DNA from: Candidatus Woykebacteria bacterium
GTDB taxonomy: Bacteria; Patescibacteriota; Microgenomatia; Woykebacterales; RBG-16-39-9b
Direction: 5' to 3'
Assembly (NCBI GenBank): GCA_040876345.1
Contig: JBBDPM010000006.1
Span: 328,547 to 392,546, forward strand
Length of the DNA: 64,000 bases
Shown: positions 29,642 through 38,805 of the stretch, piece after piece
Position numbering within the stretch: position 1 is the stretch's first letter
Layout of the letters: every line of letters begins with the position of its first letter
The notes under the pieces: generated by a model
What the model saw: the letters and a program-made list of their open reading frames with translations, nothing else
The model's database searches: none
Told to the model about the DNA's origin: nothing
Position numbers and translations under genes: made by a program

Positions 29642-30687
29642 CTTAACACGTAAATGGCAGATTTAGTCTTGCCTTTCTTTCGAACTAGCCCTTTTTTCAT
29701 CAAAGTTTTTAAATCCCGCAATATTGTATCATCCGATACCATCGGCAACAAACTCCGCCATTCTTTATTAGAAACTGCTCTGTACTCTTGCATATATTCG
29801 ACAAGTTTTAATTGTCGATCGTTCAGCGGAAGTTGACCCATTTTACTCTTCAGCCGCAGATCGACGGACAGCCTTCGCACCTTATCTTTGATACGACCAA
29901 GTTCGATGGATAATCCCTCGGTAAAGTATTCCACCCAATTTGTTAAATCTCTATCCTCTATTTTCTTTGATTGGTTGGAAACGATTTGCAAAACGTTGTA
30001 ATAGCGCCCCGCATCTTTATCAAAATACTCTTCAATCGAGAAAAATTTTTTGATGTCGTAGCCTTCTTTAAAAAGAACAAGTGTGGCCAAGGCTCTCGCG
30101 ACCCTACCGTTACCATCCACAAAAGGGTGAATTGCCGCCAAAATATAGTGCGTGATACCGGCTTTTATAACTGGATGAACCTCCTCTACGGAAGAGCGGT
30201 TTAACCAGAGGAAGAAACTTCGCACTAAATCGGCTATTTCTTTCGGCTTTGGGGGTAAGTATGAGGTTTCCCCGGTAGCTGAGTTTGCCACGCGAACGCG
30301 AATATCTCGATATTTTCCAGATTGTGCCTCTGTCAGGATTTTTTTAGTGGTTAGATAGTGAATTTCTAGGAGAACTTTTTCGGTAGTAGGCTCATTTTTT
30401 ACTTTTTCAAGGTATTTTAGAACTTCGCGGTAATTTAAAACCTCTTGGATGTCCCGCTGCCTCGCCGAGATTTTTTTGCCTTCAAGGACATCCTCCACTT
30501 CTTTTTGTTCCAAAGGATTTCCCTCAATGTGAGTGCCGTGGTGAACAGTGCGAATAATTGCCTCTTCCCTGAATTTTGCTTCGTAGGAAGGAACTAGAGG
30601 GGCGTTTTCAATAATTTCTTTGGCAGCTTCTATTTTGCCGATGTTATTCAAAATCTTATTCGTGATTTTAAACTTAGGATTATACAT
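29638..30687 (-). CDS. fic: Fic family protein (putative AMPylase) with C-terminal wHTH
   Basis: 349 aa with Fic motif HPFVDGNGRVARAL. Confidence 0.85.
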   Translation of the reverse strand: MYNPKFKITNKILNNIGKIEAAKEIIENAPLVPSYEAKFREEAIIRTVHHGTHIEGNPLEQKEVEDVLEGKKISARQRDIQEVLNYREVLKYLEKVKNEPTTEKVLLEIHYLTTKKILTEAQSGKYRDIRVRVANSATGETSYLPPKPKEIADLVRSFFLWLNRSSVEEVHPVIKAGITHYILAAIHPFVDGNGRVARALATLVLFKEGYDIKKFFSIEEYFDKDAGRYYNVLQIVSNQSKKIEDRDLTNWVEYFTEGLSIELGRIKDKVRRLSVDLRLKSKMGQLPLNDRQLKLVEYMQEYRAVSNKEWRSLLPMVSDDTILRDLKTLMKKGLVRKKGKTKSAIYVLR

Positions 30688-30814
30688 AATTTAGAATATT
30701 TTTAGTCCACAAAGTGGTCACAGCATTCGAGAGTACCCAAATTACTTGAGCGATTAGCGAATGAATTTGGTTACGGAGAATGCTATTGGTGATTTTAAAT
30801 TTAGGAGTAAACAT
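30688..30814 (-). pseudogene. Duplicated 5-prime fragment of fic (44-codon remnant ORF)
   Basis: Encodes MFTPKFKITNSILRN..., matching the Fic N-terminus MYNPKFKITNKILNN. The same TGATTTTAAA(T/C)TTAGGA nucleotide block lies about 130 nt apart. The remnant ends by overlapping the fic start. Confidence 0.35.
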
Positions 30815-30904
30815 TGGAAAATTATATCGAAGCGATTTCGATGTAATTCTCGCTTCGCTCTAATTATCGCATAATTACCGCAGAAAAGCAAGATTTTTAG
30901 GCGA

Positions 30905-30950
30905 AGAGAAGGGCAGCCTCCGCCAAAGTTAGCTGCCCTTCTCTCTCCTC
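30905..30950 (-). terminator. GC-rich hairpin downstream of the island operon
   Basis: GAGAAGGGCAGC-CTCCGCCAAAGTTA-GCTGCCCTTCTC. No U-tract. Near-identical loop to the hairpin at 32755-32800. Confidence 0.4.
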
Positions 30951-30981
30951 ATTGTTCCGTCACTCGACCGCCATCATGCGC

Positions 30982-31482
30982 TCAGGCGCAGACGGTGTTG
31001 GTGGTCAGGTTGTAGTAGATCCGGGAGCTCTCGCCTTCCGTGTAGTGTTCCCAGATCATGTGTACGCTCTTCCCACGGTCGCAGATGAAGCCGTGCCAAC
31101 CAGGGAAAGACACGTTGTTGTGAGGCGCGACGGAGATGTAGTCACATGGCCCGCTGTAGCCGCAACCGACCGTGCCGTAAAGACCACCGTAGACCCACTC
31201 ACCTGTCCAATTGAACGGCTGATTCCACCTGAACCGGTAGTGGAAGGAGACGATGGTGGCGAAGTCCACGTTCGGATCCGGCGCGCCCGGTTCGAAAACG
31301 ATGTCGGTCGACGCCCGGATTCCCAGAGTATGGTCGGACGGGTCCGGCGCGTAGTACTGCCGCCAAGCGTACGTCCAGGTAGTCGCATGGTCCATGTGAC
31401 CAGCGTCGGCCTGAGACGTCAGCACCGCCATACCTCCGAGCATCGTGGCGATGATCGTCGCTGTGAGGATCAACCGCTTCAT
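30982..31482 (-). CDS. Secreted hypothetical protein (island gene A)
   Basis: Start at internal Met with GGGAGG Shine-Dalgarno. Signal peptide MKRLILTATIIATMLGGMAVLTSQA. ATGA overlap with gene B. Confidence 0.55.
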   Translation of the reverse strand: MKRLILTATIIATMLGGMAVLTSQADAGHMDHATTWTYAWRQYYAPDPSDHTLGIRASTDIVFEPGAPDPNVDFATIVSFHYRFRWNQPFNWTGEWVYGGLYGTVGCGYSGPCDYISVAPHNNVSFPGWHGFICDRGKSVHMIWEHYTEGESSRIYYNLTTNTVCA

Positions 31483-31907
31483 CTCGGAACCTCCCGGATA
31501 AGGTTGCCTTCGCAGTCGTACACGACGAACTTGTCCGGCTCGAACTGGACGTCGGCGCACTGAAGGTCGTCGTCGCCGGCGAAGATGCCCACCTGTTCGC
31601 CGTTTGAGTTGAGGATCGGTCCGGCTTCCTGACCCTCCGGAGGCGGTTGGCCTTGCGTCCCTGGCATCGGCGCACTACCAGCACCACCATTCTCATCGAG
31701 GAGCCACTGGGCAAAGCCCACTTCCTCTTCGCAGCTGGTGAAGCCTGGCGACGGCGTCATGTCGCACGGCGCGTCGTAGGGATCGTGGCCCTCGTTAACC
31801 TCTGGGCCTGGTGGCCACCATTCAGGGAGCTGGGGTACGTTGCAGGTCGCTGCAACACTGAACACCAGCAGCCCGAGGGCAGTGATAACGATGATGATCT
31901 GCTTCAT
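31479..31907 (-). CDS. Secreted hypothetical protein (island gene B)
   Basis: AGGGAG Shine-Dalgarno. Signal peptide MKQIIIVITALGLLVFSVAA. Cys-containing mature region. Confidence 0.55.
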   Translation of the reverse strand: MKQIIIVITALGLLVFSVAATCNVPQLPEWWPPGPEVNEGHDPYDAPCDMTPSPGFTSCEEEVGFAQWLLDENGGAGSAPMPGTQGQPPPEGQEAGPILNSNGEQVGIFAGDDDLQCADVQFEPDKFVVYDCEGNLIREVPR

Positions 31908-31929
31908 TGTGAAGTCTCCCTCTTTCAGG

Positions 31930-32517
31930 TTATCGGCAGATACCGCCCGACGCAATACGGCACGTGAAGCCTAACCACGTCGAATCGGCTGGTGACGGCA
32001 CGAGGCAGGCGATGTCCGCGCCGTCAAACGTGATGGTGCGCTGTTCGAACGTTAGCTCTCCGGTAGGCGGCGCGGTCAGATGACTGACCATGAATGCCTC
32101 TGGCCCCAGACCCACCGACACGAAAGCCCAGTCCTCACGATCTCCCTCGACGCGGAGTGCATCGAAGAACTCCTCAGTTACGTCGAGAAGCCCCACACCC
32201 TCCATGTCCTCGGAAGGCACGCGCACGTAGTTGGATATACGCGCCGCAACAGCAGTCGGTGGTGTCTGACAGACCCACGTCGGATGACTGAGTTGGAGCT
32301 GAGCGAGAACGCTGGCAAACGGCTGGGCCATGCCCGCCGGAGCGAACGGTTCGGACAGCGCGGCGAGTTCGGCTATCGCTGCTTCGTTTGGAGTAGGAGC
32401 AGCGACTTGTGGTGCCGTAGCCGTCGTGTCTGCGCCGCCACCACCATTGCAGGCCGTGGTAATTACCACGCCCACGAGTAGTGAGACGACGAGCCACAAG
32501 GCTACTTTCTGCTTCAT
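31930..32517 (-). CDS. Putative lipoprotein (island gene C)
   Basis: GGGAGG Shine-Dalgarno. Signal MKQKVALWLVVSLLVGVVITTAC with lipobox-like Cys. Ala/Pro-rich linker. Confidence 0.55.
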   Translation of the reverse strand: MKQKVALWLVVSLLVGVVITTACNGGGGADTTATAPQVAAPTPNEAAIAELAALSEPFAPAGMAQPFASVLAQLQLSHPTWVCQTPPTAVAARISNYVRVPSEDMEGVGLLDVTEEFFDALRVEGDREDWAFVSVGLGPEAFMVSHLTAPPTGELTFEQRTITFDGADIACLVPSPADSTWLGFTCRIASGGICR

Positions 32518-32754
32518 GTAAAGCCTCCCTCTCGAATTCTCGACCGCGGTCGGTCGAGATCGTGTGATGTTATCCGGTGGCCTTTTCCATAGGCTCCCTC
32601 CCTTTAGACGGCTGAATCAGCCGCCACAAAACCTGGCCGATGTGCGCTTCGACATGTCAGTTGTTAATGTTCATCCAATACCTCCCTCCAGTTACCCCGA
32701 TTATAGCACCATGGGTCAAAAATAGTTGTTTTTACTGTCTATTATTAAAGGGAG

Positions 32755-32800
32755 AGGGCAGACTTCCGCCAAAGTCGTCTGCCCTCTCCCTTCTCCCTCG
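32755..32800 (-). terminator. GC-rich hairpin between the two island operons
   Basis: GGGAGAGGGCAGAC-TTCCGCCAAAGTC-GTCTGCCCTCTCCC, same loop core as 30905-30950. Confidence 0.4.
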
Positions 32801-32808
32801 CTACCGCC

Positions 32809-32955
32809 TTAGTCTGGGGTGATGAAAACGCCGACCGGAGTGGACGTTTCGCCCTGCTCCGATTCATCGTTTTCAAATTGGGCGCCGATTGCACCCATAA
32901 CAACCACCACGGCTATGAGTACCGCCACCAAGCTGAGTAGTACCGTCGTTCGCAT
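32809..32955 (-). CDS. Small membrane protein (island gene D)
   Basis: About 48 aa from the internal Met, with a single TM helix. Weak call. Confidence 0.3.
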   Translation of the reverse strand: MRTTVLLSLVAVLIAVVVVMGAIGAQFENDESEQGETSTPVGVFITPD

Positions 32956-32966
32956 TGTTGCCCTCC

Positions 32967-34103
32967 TTACGGCCTCACCCACCACGAGCACAAGTTGTAC
33001 TTGAAGTGGAGGGTGATCCGGGCCGTGATCGTCCGGAAGCTGAACCCGATGCCAAAGGCCTCGATCCGATACTTGAACCGAGTCCAGGCTTCAGTCTCCC
33101 CAACCGCAACCGCACCTCCTCTGTACCAAGCGATAGGATTGGTGGAGTACTGTGGGTCTTGATCCACCTCCCAACCCCACGCTGCATCAGCGGTCGCTAT
33201 CGCTGCTGGAGGCTCCCACACGATGTTGGAGTACGTCGTGATAACGAACCGCTGTTTCAGGTAGAAGGTCCCATTGTTGAGACCAACTGGGTTGTACCAC
33301 CGGTATGTCTTCTGGCAGTACAGAGACCGAAAAGCCTGCGGAACAGGCTGCAGATTTGAGCTCTCCAGACGGAGAGCTTCTACCTCAGCCTCTGTCAACG
33401 GCTCCTCGCCTTGACTCGCATCCATCTGCCTGTACTCGTAGGAAACGATTCTCCCGCCGGCATCGGTAATGTAGTAGCAGTCTCGCCACTTCTCACCAGA
33501 CTCGATCTCTGAGTCGACCGTTTCCGCTACACCCAGATCGTAGATCTTTCCACCACAATACTCAATCTGCTCACAGCGGTGGCCGAACTGGAAGACGATG
33601 AGTCCGATGTCAGCTGCCGCCACGATACCATCGGGAGGGCCTGAGTCCCAGGGGTCACCTCCTGGTGGTGGAGCTGAGCGGTCGAAGTCCGGCCAATACC
33701 CAGGGGACCCTTCGTGGGTACCGAACCGAGCCACCACCCTGGATATGTCTGCTGCTGACACCGTGTTGTCCCGAGGCGGTGTGTCAAAGAAATCCGACGC
33801 GTTGATCGGATCCCTTCGGCCTCCAAGAGCGGGGTTGGGACCAAGCTCCTCTTCGTTGGTGCATCCGTCATTGTCAATGTCGAGATCAGGCAGGAGCTTC
33901 TCGATCGGGACCGTCTGGCTCCCTAGGTCCTCCTCCTGGACTGGCGGTGTCTCGGTCGGTGTCGGCGATTGACCGTTCGCCTGTCCTTGACCTTGAAAGG
34001 TAAGGGCAAAGGCGATTACCGCCGTAATAAAAGCCGCCAGACGAATTCCCCCACTAAAGGCCTTGAAGGGCCCTGCCACCAGACTTAGGATTGTGCCTTG
34101 CAT
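32967..34103 (-). CDS. Secreted protein with calcium-binding D-x-D-x-D-G repeat and dockerin-like segments (island gene E)
   Basis: GGAGG Shine-Dalgarno 5 nt before the internal Met MQGTIL, then a hydrophobic signal. DIDNDGCTNEEE motif. Repeated D.TVSAADISRVVARFG and DGIVAAADIGLIVFQFG resemble type I dockerin helices. Confidence 0.6.
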   Translation of the reverse strand: MQGTILSLVAGPFKAFSGGIRLAAFITAVIAFALTFQGQGQANGQSPTPTETPPVQEEDLGSQTVPIEKLLPDLDIDNDGCTNEEELGPNPALGGRRDPINASDFFDTPPRDNTVSAADISRVVARFGTHEGSPGYWPDFDRSAPPPGGDPWDSGPPDGIVAAADIGLIVFQFGHRCEQIEYCGGKIYDLGVAETVDSEIESGEKWRDCYYITDAGGRIVSYEYRQMDASQGEEPLTEAEVEALRLESSNLQPVPQAFRSLYCQKTYRWYNPVGLNNGTFYLKQRFVITTYSNIVWEPPAAIATADAAWGWEVDQDPQYSTNPIAWYRGGAVAVGETEAWTRFKYRIEAFGIGFSFRTITARITLHFKYNLCSWWVRP

Positions 34104-34520
34104 GGCAACCTCCTTTGTCGAGTGGATTTTCGGATATTCAGTTGTAAAATTGATCCTCCCCTTATTTATTCTCCCGAGCAACCAGCTCAACTCAGGGCAA
34201 GCCAACCCTTGCCAAGGGCATTTTGAGGAGGCTCAAAATAACACGAAACACCCTATTTGTCAACCTTGTAGTAATTTATTACGAGTCTTACAGTTAAAAT
34301 AATAATAATTTTTCACACTCTTATAGTTTTGATAATTTGTAACTCTATAAGTCTTGCATTAACACTAACTATCTTGTAAGGGCTCTATCCAATTTAGCAG
34401 GAGTTCCTGACTGTCAAAACCTATGGTTTAGACTTGGCAGTTGGGCCTGCCCGCGATGCTAGCGCACGGAGTTAGCAGTAGGGTATTGCAAGTGCTAATA
34501 TTTTATGTTATACATTCCCT

Positions 34521-36671
34521 ATGGACAGGCAACCAGAAGTATTTACTCCTTTCCAAGTAGCCAAAAATCCGCTTGAAGCTTACGGGCGCAACCTCACTAC
34601 GCTCGCGAAGGAAGGTAAGCTGGACCCTGTTATCGGCAGAGATGAAGAAATTCGAAGGCTTATGCAGGTGCTTTCCCGAAGAACTAAGAATAACCCAGTG
34701 CTAATCGGTGAAGCCGGTGTGGGTAAAACCGCTATTGTTGAGGGCCTTGCCCAAAGAATTATTGACGGCGATGTGCCAGACACTTTGAAAGATCGGGATA
34801 TTTTCCAGCTGGATATGGCCTCTTTAATCGCCGGAGCTGCCTTCCGCGGTGAGTTCGAAGAAAGATTAAAATCAGTTCTAAAAGCGATTACCGAAAGCGG
34901 AAAATACATTTTATTTATTGATGAGCTCCACACGGTAGTTGGGGCTGGAAGAGCTGAAGGTGCAGTGGATGCTGCCAACATTTTAAAACCGGCTCTTGCC
35001 AGAGGTGAGCTCCACACAGTTGGGGCCACTACTCTAAAAGAGTATCGAGAGTATATAGAAAAAGATCCTGCACTTGAAAGACGATTTCAACCTATCTTCG
35101 TTGATCAACCCAGTGTTGAGGACACGATTGCAATACTCCGGGGCCTTAAAGAAAAGTACGAGGTGCATCACGGAATTCGTATCACCGACTCTGCTTTAAT
35201 TGCAGCAGCAACCCTTTCTGATCGTTATATCTATGCAAGATTCTTGCCGGATAAAGCAGTGGACTTGATTGATGAAGCAACTAGCGCTCTAAAGATGGAG
35301 GTCGAATCAATGCCGGCCGACTTGGACCAAATGAAGAGGAAGATTTTACAGCTCGAGATTGAGCGGGAAGCTTTAAAAAAAGAGAAAGATCAGATAAGTA
35401 AAGATCGTTTAAAGAAAGTTGAAGAAGAAATTGACTCAGAAAAGAAAAAATTCAACGTTCTGGAAACCAAATGGAAAAAAGAAAAAGACGCAATTTCTTC
35501 CCTCAGAACTAAAAACTCTGATCTTGAGCGATCCAAAATCGCCCTCGAAAAAGCCGAGCGTGAAGCAGATTTAAACCGCGCTGCTGAGCTGAAATTTGGC
35601 AAAATCCCCCAGCTTGAAAAAGAAGTAAAAGAGTTAAACATAAAACTCAAAGCGGTTTCGGGCAGCTCTCCTCTACTTAGAGAAGAGGTGACCGAGGAAG
35701 ATATCGCCAAAGTGGTCGCTCACTGGACAGGCATACCAGTGGCAAGGCTCGTGCAATCTGAATCTGCAAAACTCGCCCACATGGAGGACGAGATTCACAA
35801 GCAGATGATAGACCAAAGCGAGGCTGTAAAAGCAGTTTCTGATGCTATCCGCCGCCACAGAGCCGGTATCTCTGAAGAAACCAAACCTATTGGCAGCTTT
35901 ATATTCCTCGGACCCACTGGCGTGGGTAAAACTGAACTTGCCAGAAGCTTGGCGGAATTTTTATTTAACGACGAAAAATCTATGATACGGATCGACATGA
36001 GTGAATACATGGAGCAGCACACGGTGGCGAGACTTGTTGGTGCCCCACCAGGCTATGTAGGCTACGAGGAGGGCGGTCAACTCACGGAAGCAGTGAGAAG
36101 GCGCCCCTACGCCGTAATCCTTTTTGACGAGGTTGAGAAGGCTCACAGGGACGTTTTTAACATTCTCCTGCAAGTCTTGGATGATGGCCGGCTCACCGAC
36201 GGTCGTGGGCGCACCGTTGATTTTAAAAATAGCGTGATAATTATGACTTCCAACTTGGGAAGTGAAATCATTCAAAAATATTCTGGTAAAACACCACAAA
36301 TTATGGAGGAAGAGCTTATGGGGTTAGTGCGTAACACCTTCCGACCCGAATTTCTTAACCGAGTGGATGAAATTGTCTTCTTCGAGCCACTTGGCGAGAA
36401 AGAAATCGAGCAAATTACAAAATTGCAACTTGCTAAAGTAGTTGACCAGCTTAAAGGCAAGGGAATAACTTTACTAATTGACAAAAAAGTCGAAGAACAA
36501 ATCGCCAAAGAAGGCTATGATCCAGTTTATGGCGCTCGGCCTCTGAGGAGAGTTATAAACGATCGGATTTTAGATGAACTTGCACTGCAGATTGTTGAGG
36601 GTAAGATCAAAAGCGGTCAGAAAGTGGAAGCGGGGCTTGTATCTGGGAGATTTGTTTTTAAAGTTTATTAA
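34521..36671 (+). CDS. clpB: ClpB/Hsp104-type disaggregase lacking the N-terminal domain
   Basis: 716 aa beginning at the NBD1 region ([23 protein letters not shown]). Two Walker A motifs ([16 protein letters not shown]). Long coiled-coil M domain. Confidence 0.85.
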   Translation: MDRQPEVFTPFQVAKNPLEAYGRNLTTLAKEGKLDPVIGRDEEIRRLMQVLSRRTKNNPVLIGEAGVGKTAIVEGLAQRIIDGDVPDTLKDRDIFQLDMASLIAGAAFRGEFEERLKSVLKAITESGKYILFIDELHTVVGAGRAEGAVDAANILKPALARGELHTVGATTLKEYREYIEKDPALERRFQPIFVDQPSVEDTIAILRGLKEKYEVHHGIRITDSALIAAATLSDRYIYARFLPDKAVDLIDEATSALKMEVESMPADLDQMKRKILQLEIEREALKKEKDQISKDRLKKVEEEIDSEKKKFNVLETKWKKEKDAISSLRTKNSDLERSKIALEKAEREADLNRAAELKFGKIPQLEKEVKELNIKLKAVSGSSPLLREEVTEEDIAKVVAHWTGIPVARLVQSESAKLAHMEDEIHKQMIDQSEAVKAVSDAIRRHRAGISEETKPIGSFIFLGPTGVGKTELARSLAEFLFNDEKSMIRIDMSEYMEQHTVARLVGAPPGYVGYEEGGQLTEAVRRRPYAVILFDEVEKAHRDVFNILLQVLDDGRLTDGRGRTVDFKNSVIIMTSNLGSEIIQKYSGKTPQIMEEELMGLVRNTFRPEFLNRVDEIVFFEPLGEKEIEQITKLQLAKVVDQLKGKGITLLIDKKVEEQIAKEGYDPVYGARPLRRVINDRILDELALQIVEGKIKSGQKVEAGLVSGRFVFKVY

Positions 36672-36723
36672 GGGAAATCCTCTCCTTTCTTCACCTCCTT
36701 TCGAAGATCTCCCTTTTGCCTTT

Positions 36724-36972
36724 CTACGCAACTGTCAGAGTTCTGAGCGGAACTTCCGGCAGCTTTTTCGCAATCTCCCGACCTTTCTGAGTAAGTTGGT
36801 ATTTGCGGGTGTTGGTTCCCACCAACTCACTTATCGTCAGACGGTCGAGATACATGTCAATGACGTCGTTGGGTATCTCGAGAAATGCCGCCCTCAACTC
36901 GGCAAGTGTTGCTTCCCCCACCCTTAAAAGGTGGTTGAGAATCCGCTGCTCGTTCTGGTGAAGACCTCTCAT
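36724..36972 (-). CDS. Small winged-helix DNA-binding protein
   Basis: 82 aa with wHTH-like LLRVGEATLAELRAAF. High GC. Overlaps the upstream SDR gene by 4 nt. Confidence 0.45.
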   Translation of the reverse strand: MRGLHQNEQRILNHLLRVGEATLAELRAAFLEIPNDVIDMYLDRLTISELVGTNTRKYQLTQKGREIAKKLPEVPLRTLTVA

Positions 36973-37769
36973 GCTGTAATCTCTTCCCCACCGTCGATGC
37001 CGATTACGTTGCCTGTCATCCAGCGGAGGCGTTCGTCGGCAAGAGCGGCTATGGCGCGCGCGACGTCGTCCGTGGTGGTCGAGCGGCCGGAGGGATTGCG
37101 CTCCTGGGCCTGCGCGTGCAGCTCGAGGCCGCCTGGAATGCGACGGAGCGCGGGCGTGTCAGTAACGCCGGCGCGGATCGCGTTCGCGGCAATGCCTAGT
37201 TGCGCTAGCTCGAATGCTATCTGACGAATGTGGCTTTCCAGAGCCGCCTTCGCCGCGGAAACGGCGCCGTACGAATTGATCACGCGTGTTGAACCGGAAC
37301 TCGTCATGGCGAAGATGCGGCTCCCCTCACTAAGCAGGTCGCGGCCGATCAGGTCCTGCGTCCAGTAGACCAGGCTGTTTGCCATTACGTCGAGCGTCAT
37401 CTCCATTTGCTTCTGGCTAATCGCTCCCTTTGGCGTCTCACCAAAGTAGGGCAGGAGAGTGCCGAAGGCGAGTGAGTGTAAGAAGACGCGGACGTAAGCG
37501 TTGTCGCCTTCTTGTCGTAGGCGCTGCTGCATCGCCTCGATTACGGACGCGCGTTTCTCAGCGTCGGCGGCGTTGACGTTGAAGAACTCAAACTCCCGAC
37601 CAAGCGAGCCAATCTCCTCCTGAATGCGCTGGGCATTCGGTAGCGTGGCCCGTAGATCCAGGTGCACGCCGAAGATGTTGTAACCGCTTCGGGCAAGTTC
37701 AAGCGAGGTTGCCCCGCCGAAGCCGCTTGAGGCGCCGAGGATGAGAGCCCAGTCGTTTGCCATGGTCAA
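36969..37769 (-). CDS. SDR-family oxidoreductase, enoyl-reductase-like (Y-x6-K)
   Basis: 266 aa. Glycine-rich ILGASSGFGGATS. SYGAVSAAKAAL gives a FabI-like Y-x6-K spacing. High GC. Shine-Dalgarno AAGGGGG. Confidence 0.65.
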   Translation of the reverse strand: MTMANDWALILGASSGFGGATSLELARSGYNIFGVHLDLRATLPNAQRIQEEIGSLGREFEFFNVNAADAEKRASVIEAMQQRLRQEGDNAYVRVFLHSLAFGTLLPYFGETPKGAISQKQMEMTLDVMANSLVYWTQDLIGRDLLSEGSRIFAMTSSGSTRVINSYGAVSAAKAALESHIRQIAFELAQLGIAANAIRAGVTDTPALRRIPGGLELHAQAQERNPSGRSTTTDDVARAIAALADERLRWMTGNVIGIDGGEEITA

Positions 37770-37971
37770 TTCCCCCTTCTTTAATACAATCTCCGCTAAC
37801 GGAGATCTATGAGCGCTGCTATGCCCCCACCAGTAAGAACCGCGATCGCAAATAGCGACCAGGTCAAAAAGGTGAGGCCCAAGTGGTTGTGTCGTTTATC
37901 CACTCCCCGAGCTGTACCCCCTTTCTTCAAGCTGTCTCAGGCAAATTTTACCACAAAACGGAAAATTTATT

Positions 37972-38805
37972 TTAAGAAAAGGCCGCGTCTACGAGGTTTT
38001 TCATTAGGGCGGCCACTGTCATTGGTCCTACTCCACCCGGGACTGGGGTAATTTTTGAGGCTATTTTGGATACATTTTCAAAATCCACATCTCCGACAAT
38101 TTTCGATTTTTGATGTTGGACTTTGGATGTTGGATCGACTGGGTTGATTCCGATATCGACTACTACAGCTCCTTTTTTCACCATATCGGCTGTTATCAAA
38201 TTAGGTTTCCCTACCGCCGACACTAAGATATCTGCTTCTTTTGTAAGTTTTTTAGGGTTTTTTGTCTTTGAATCGATGGTAAATACCTTCGCCCCCTCCT
38301 CTTTTAACAAATCGGCTGTTGGCTTCCCAGCAATTTTTCCTCGGCCGACAACGACTGCATTTTTACCTTTAATTTCTACACTTGATCTTTTCATCAGATC
38401 GATAACTCCTATTGCAGTCGCTGGTTTGAACTTAGATCCAGGTACGAATCCGTCCACATCCTTTTCTGGCGATATTAGATTGGTTAACTTATCTGAATCT
38501 AAGTGGGCCGGCAAAGGAAGCTGCAAAATAATACCGTGAACTTTTTTATCATTATTGTACTGCTTGATTAAATTCCGGATCTCTTCATCTGAAACCTCCT
38601 CATCTAAATCCTCGATTATGACATGTGCCCCGATTTTCTCCCCCGCCAGCTTCTTTTGACCAACGTAAGACTCAGAAGCTTTGTTATTTCCAATTAAAAT
38701 AATTACTAAAGTTGGTTTTAATTCTGAAGTCTTAACTCTAAATGCTAAATTCTTCAAGATTTCGTCTCTAATTTTCCGACCATCAATTATCATAATCTGT
38801 ACCAT
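37972..38805 (-). CDS. folD: Bifunctional methylenetetrahydrofolate dehydrogenase/cyclohydrolase
   Basis: 277 aa. YVGQKK, GFVP and PVPGGVGPMTVA signatures. Confidence 0.85.
   Translation of the reverse strand: MVQIMIIDGRKIRDEILKNLAFRVKTSELKPTLVIILIGNNKASESYVGQKKLAGEKIGAHVIIEDLDEEVSDEEIRNLIKQYNNDKKVHGIILQLPLPAHLDSDKLTNLISPEKDVDGFVPGSKFKPATAIGVIDLMKRSSVEIKGKNAVVVGRGKIAGKPTADLLKEEGAKVFTIDSKTKNPKKLTKEADILVSAVGKPNLITADMVKKGAVVVDIGINPVDPTSKVQHQKSKIVGDVDFENVSKIASKITPVPGGVGPMTVAALMKNLVDAAFS

Noticed and set aside
30952-33972. Long plus-strand ORFs inside the high-GC island (30952-31563, 31647-31967, 32080-32481, 32955-33359, 33598-33972)
   Set aside because: High GC suppresses stop codons in all frames. 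The minus-strand set has ribosome-binding sites, signal peptides and translational coupling, while the plus-strand ORFs have Arg/Pro-rich low-complexity translations typical of wrong-frame GC-rich reads.
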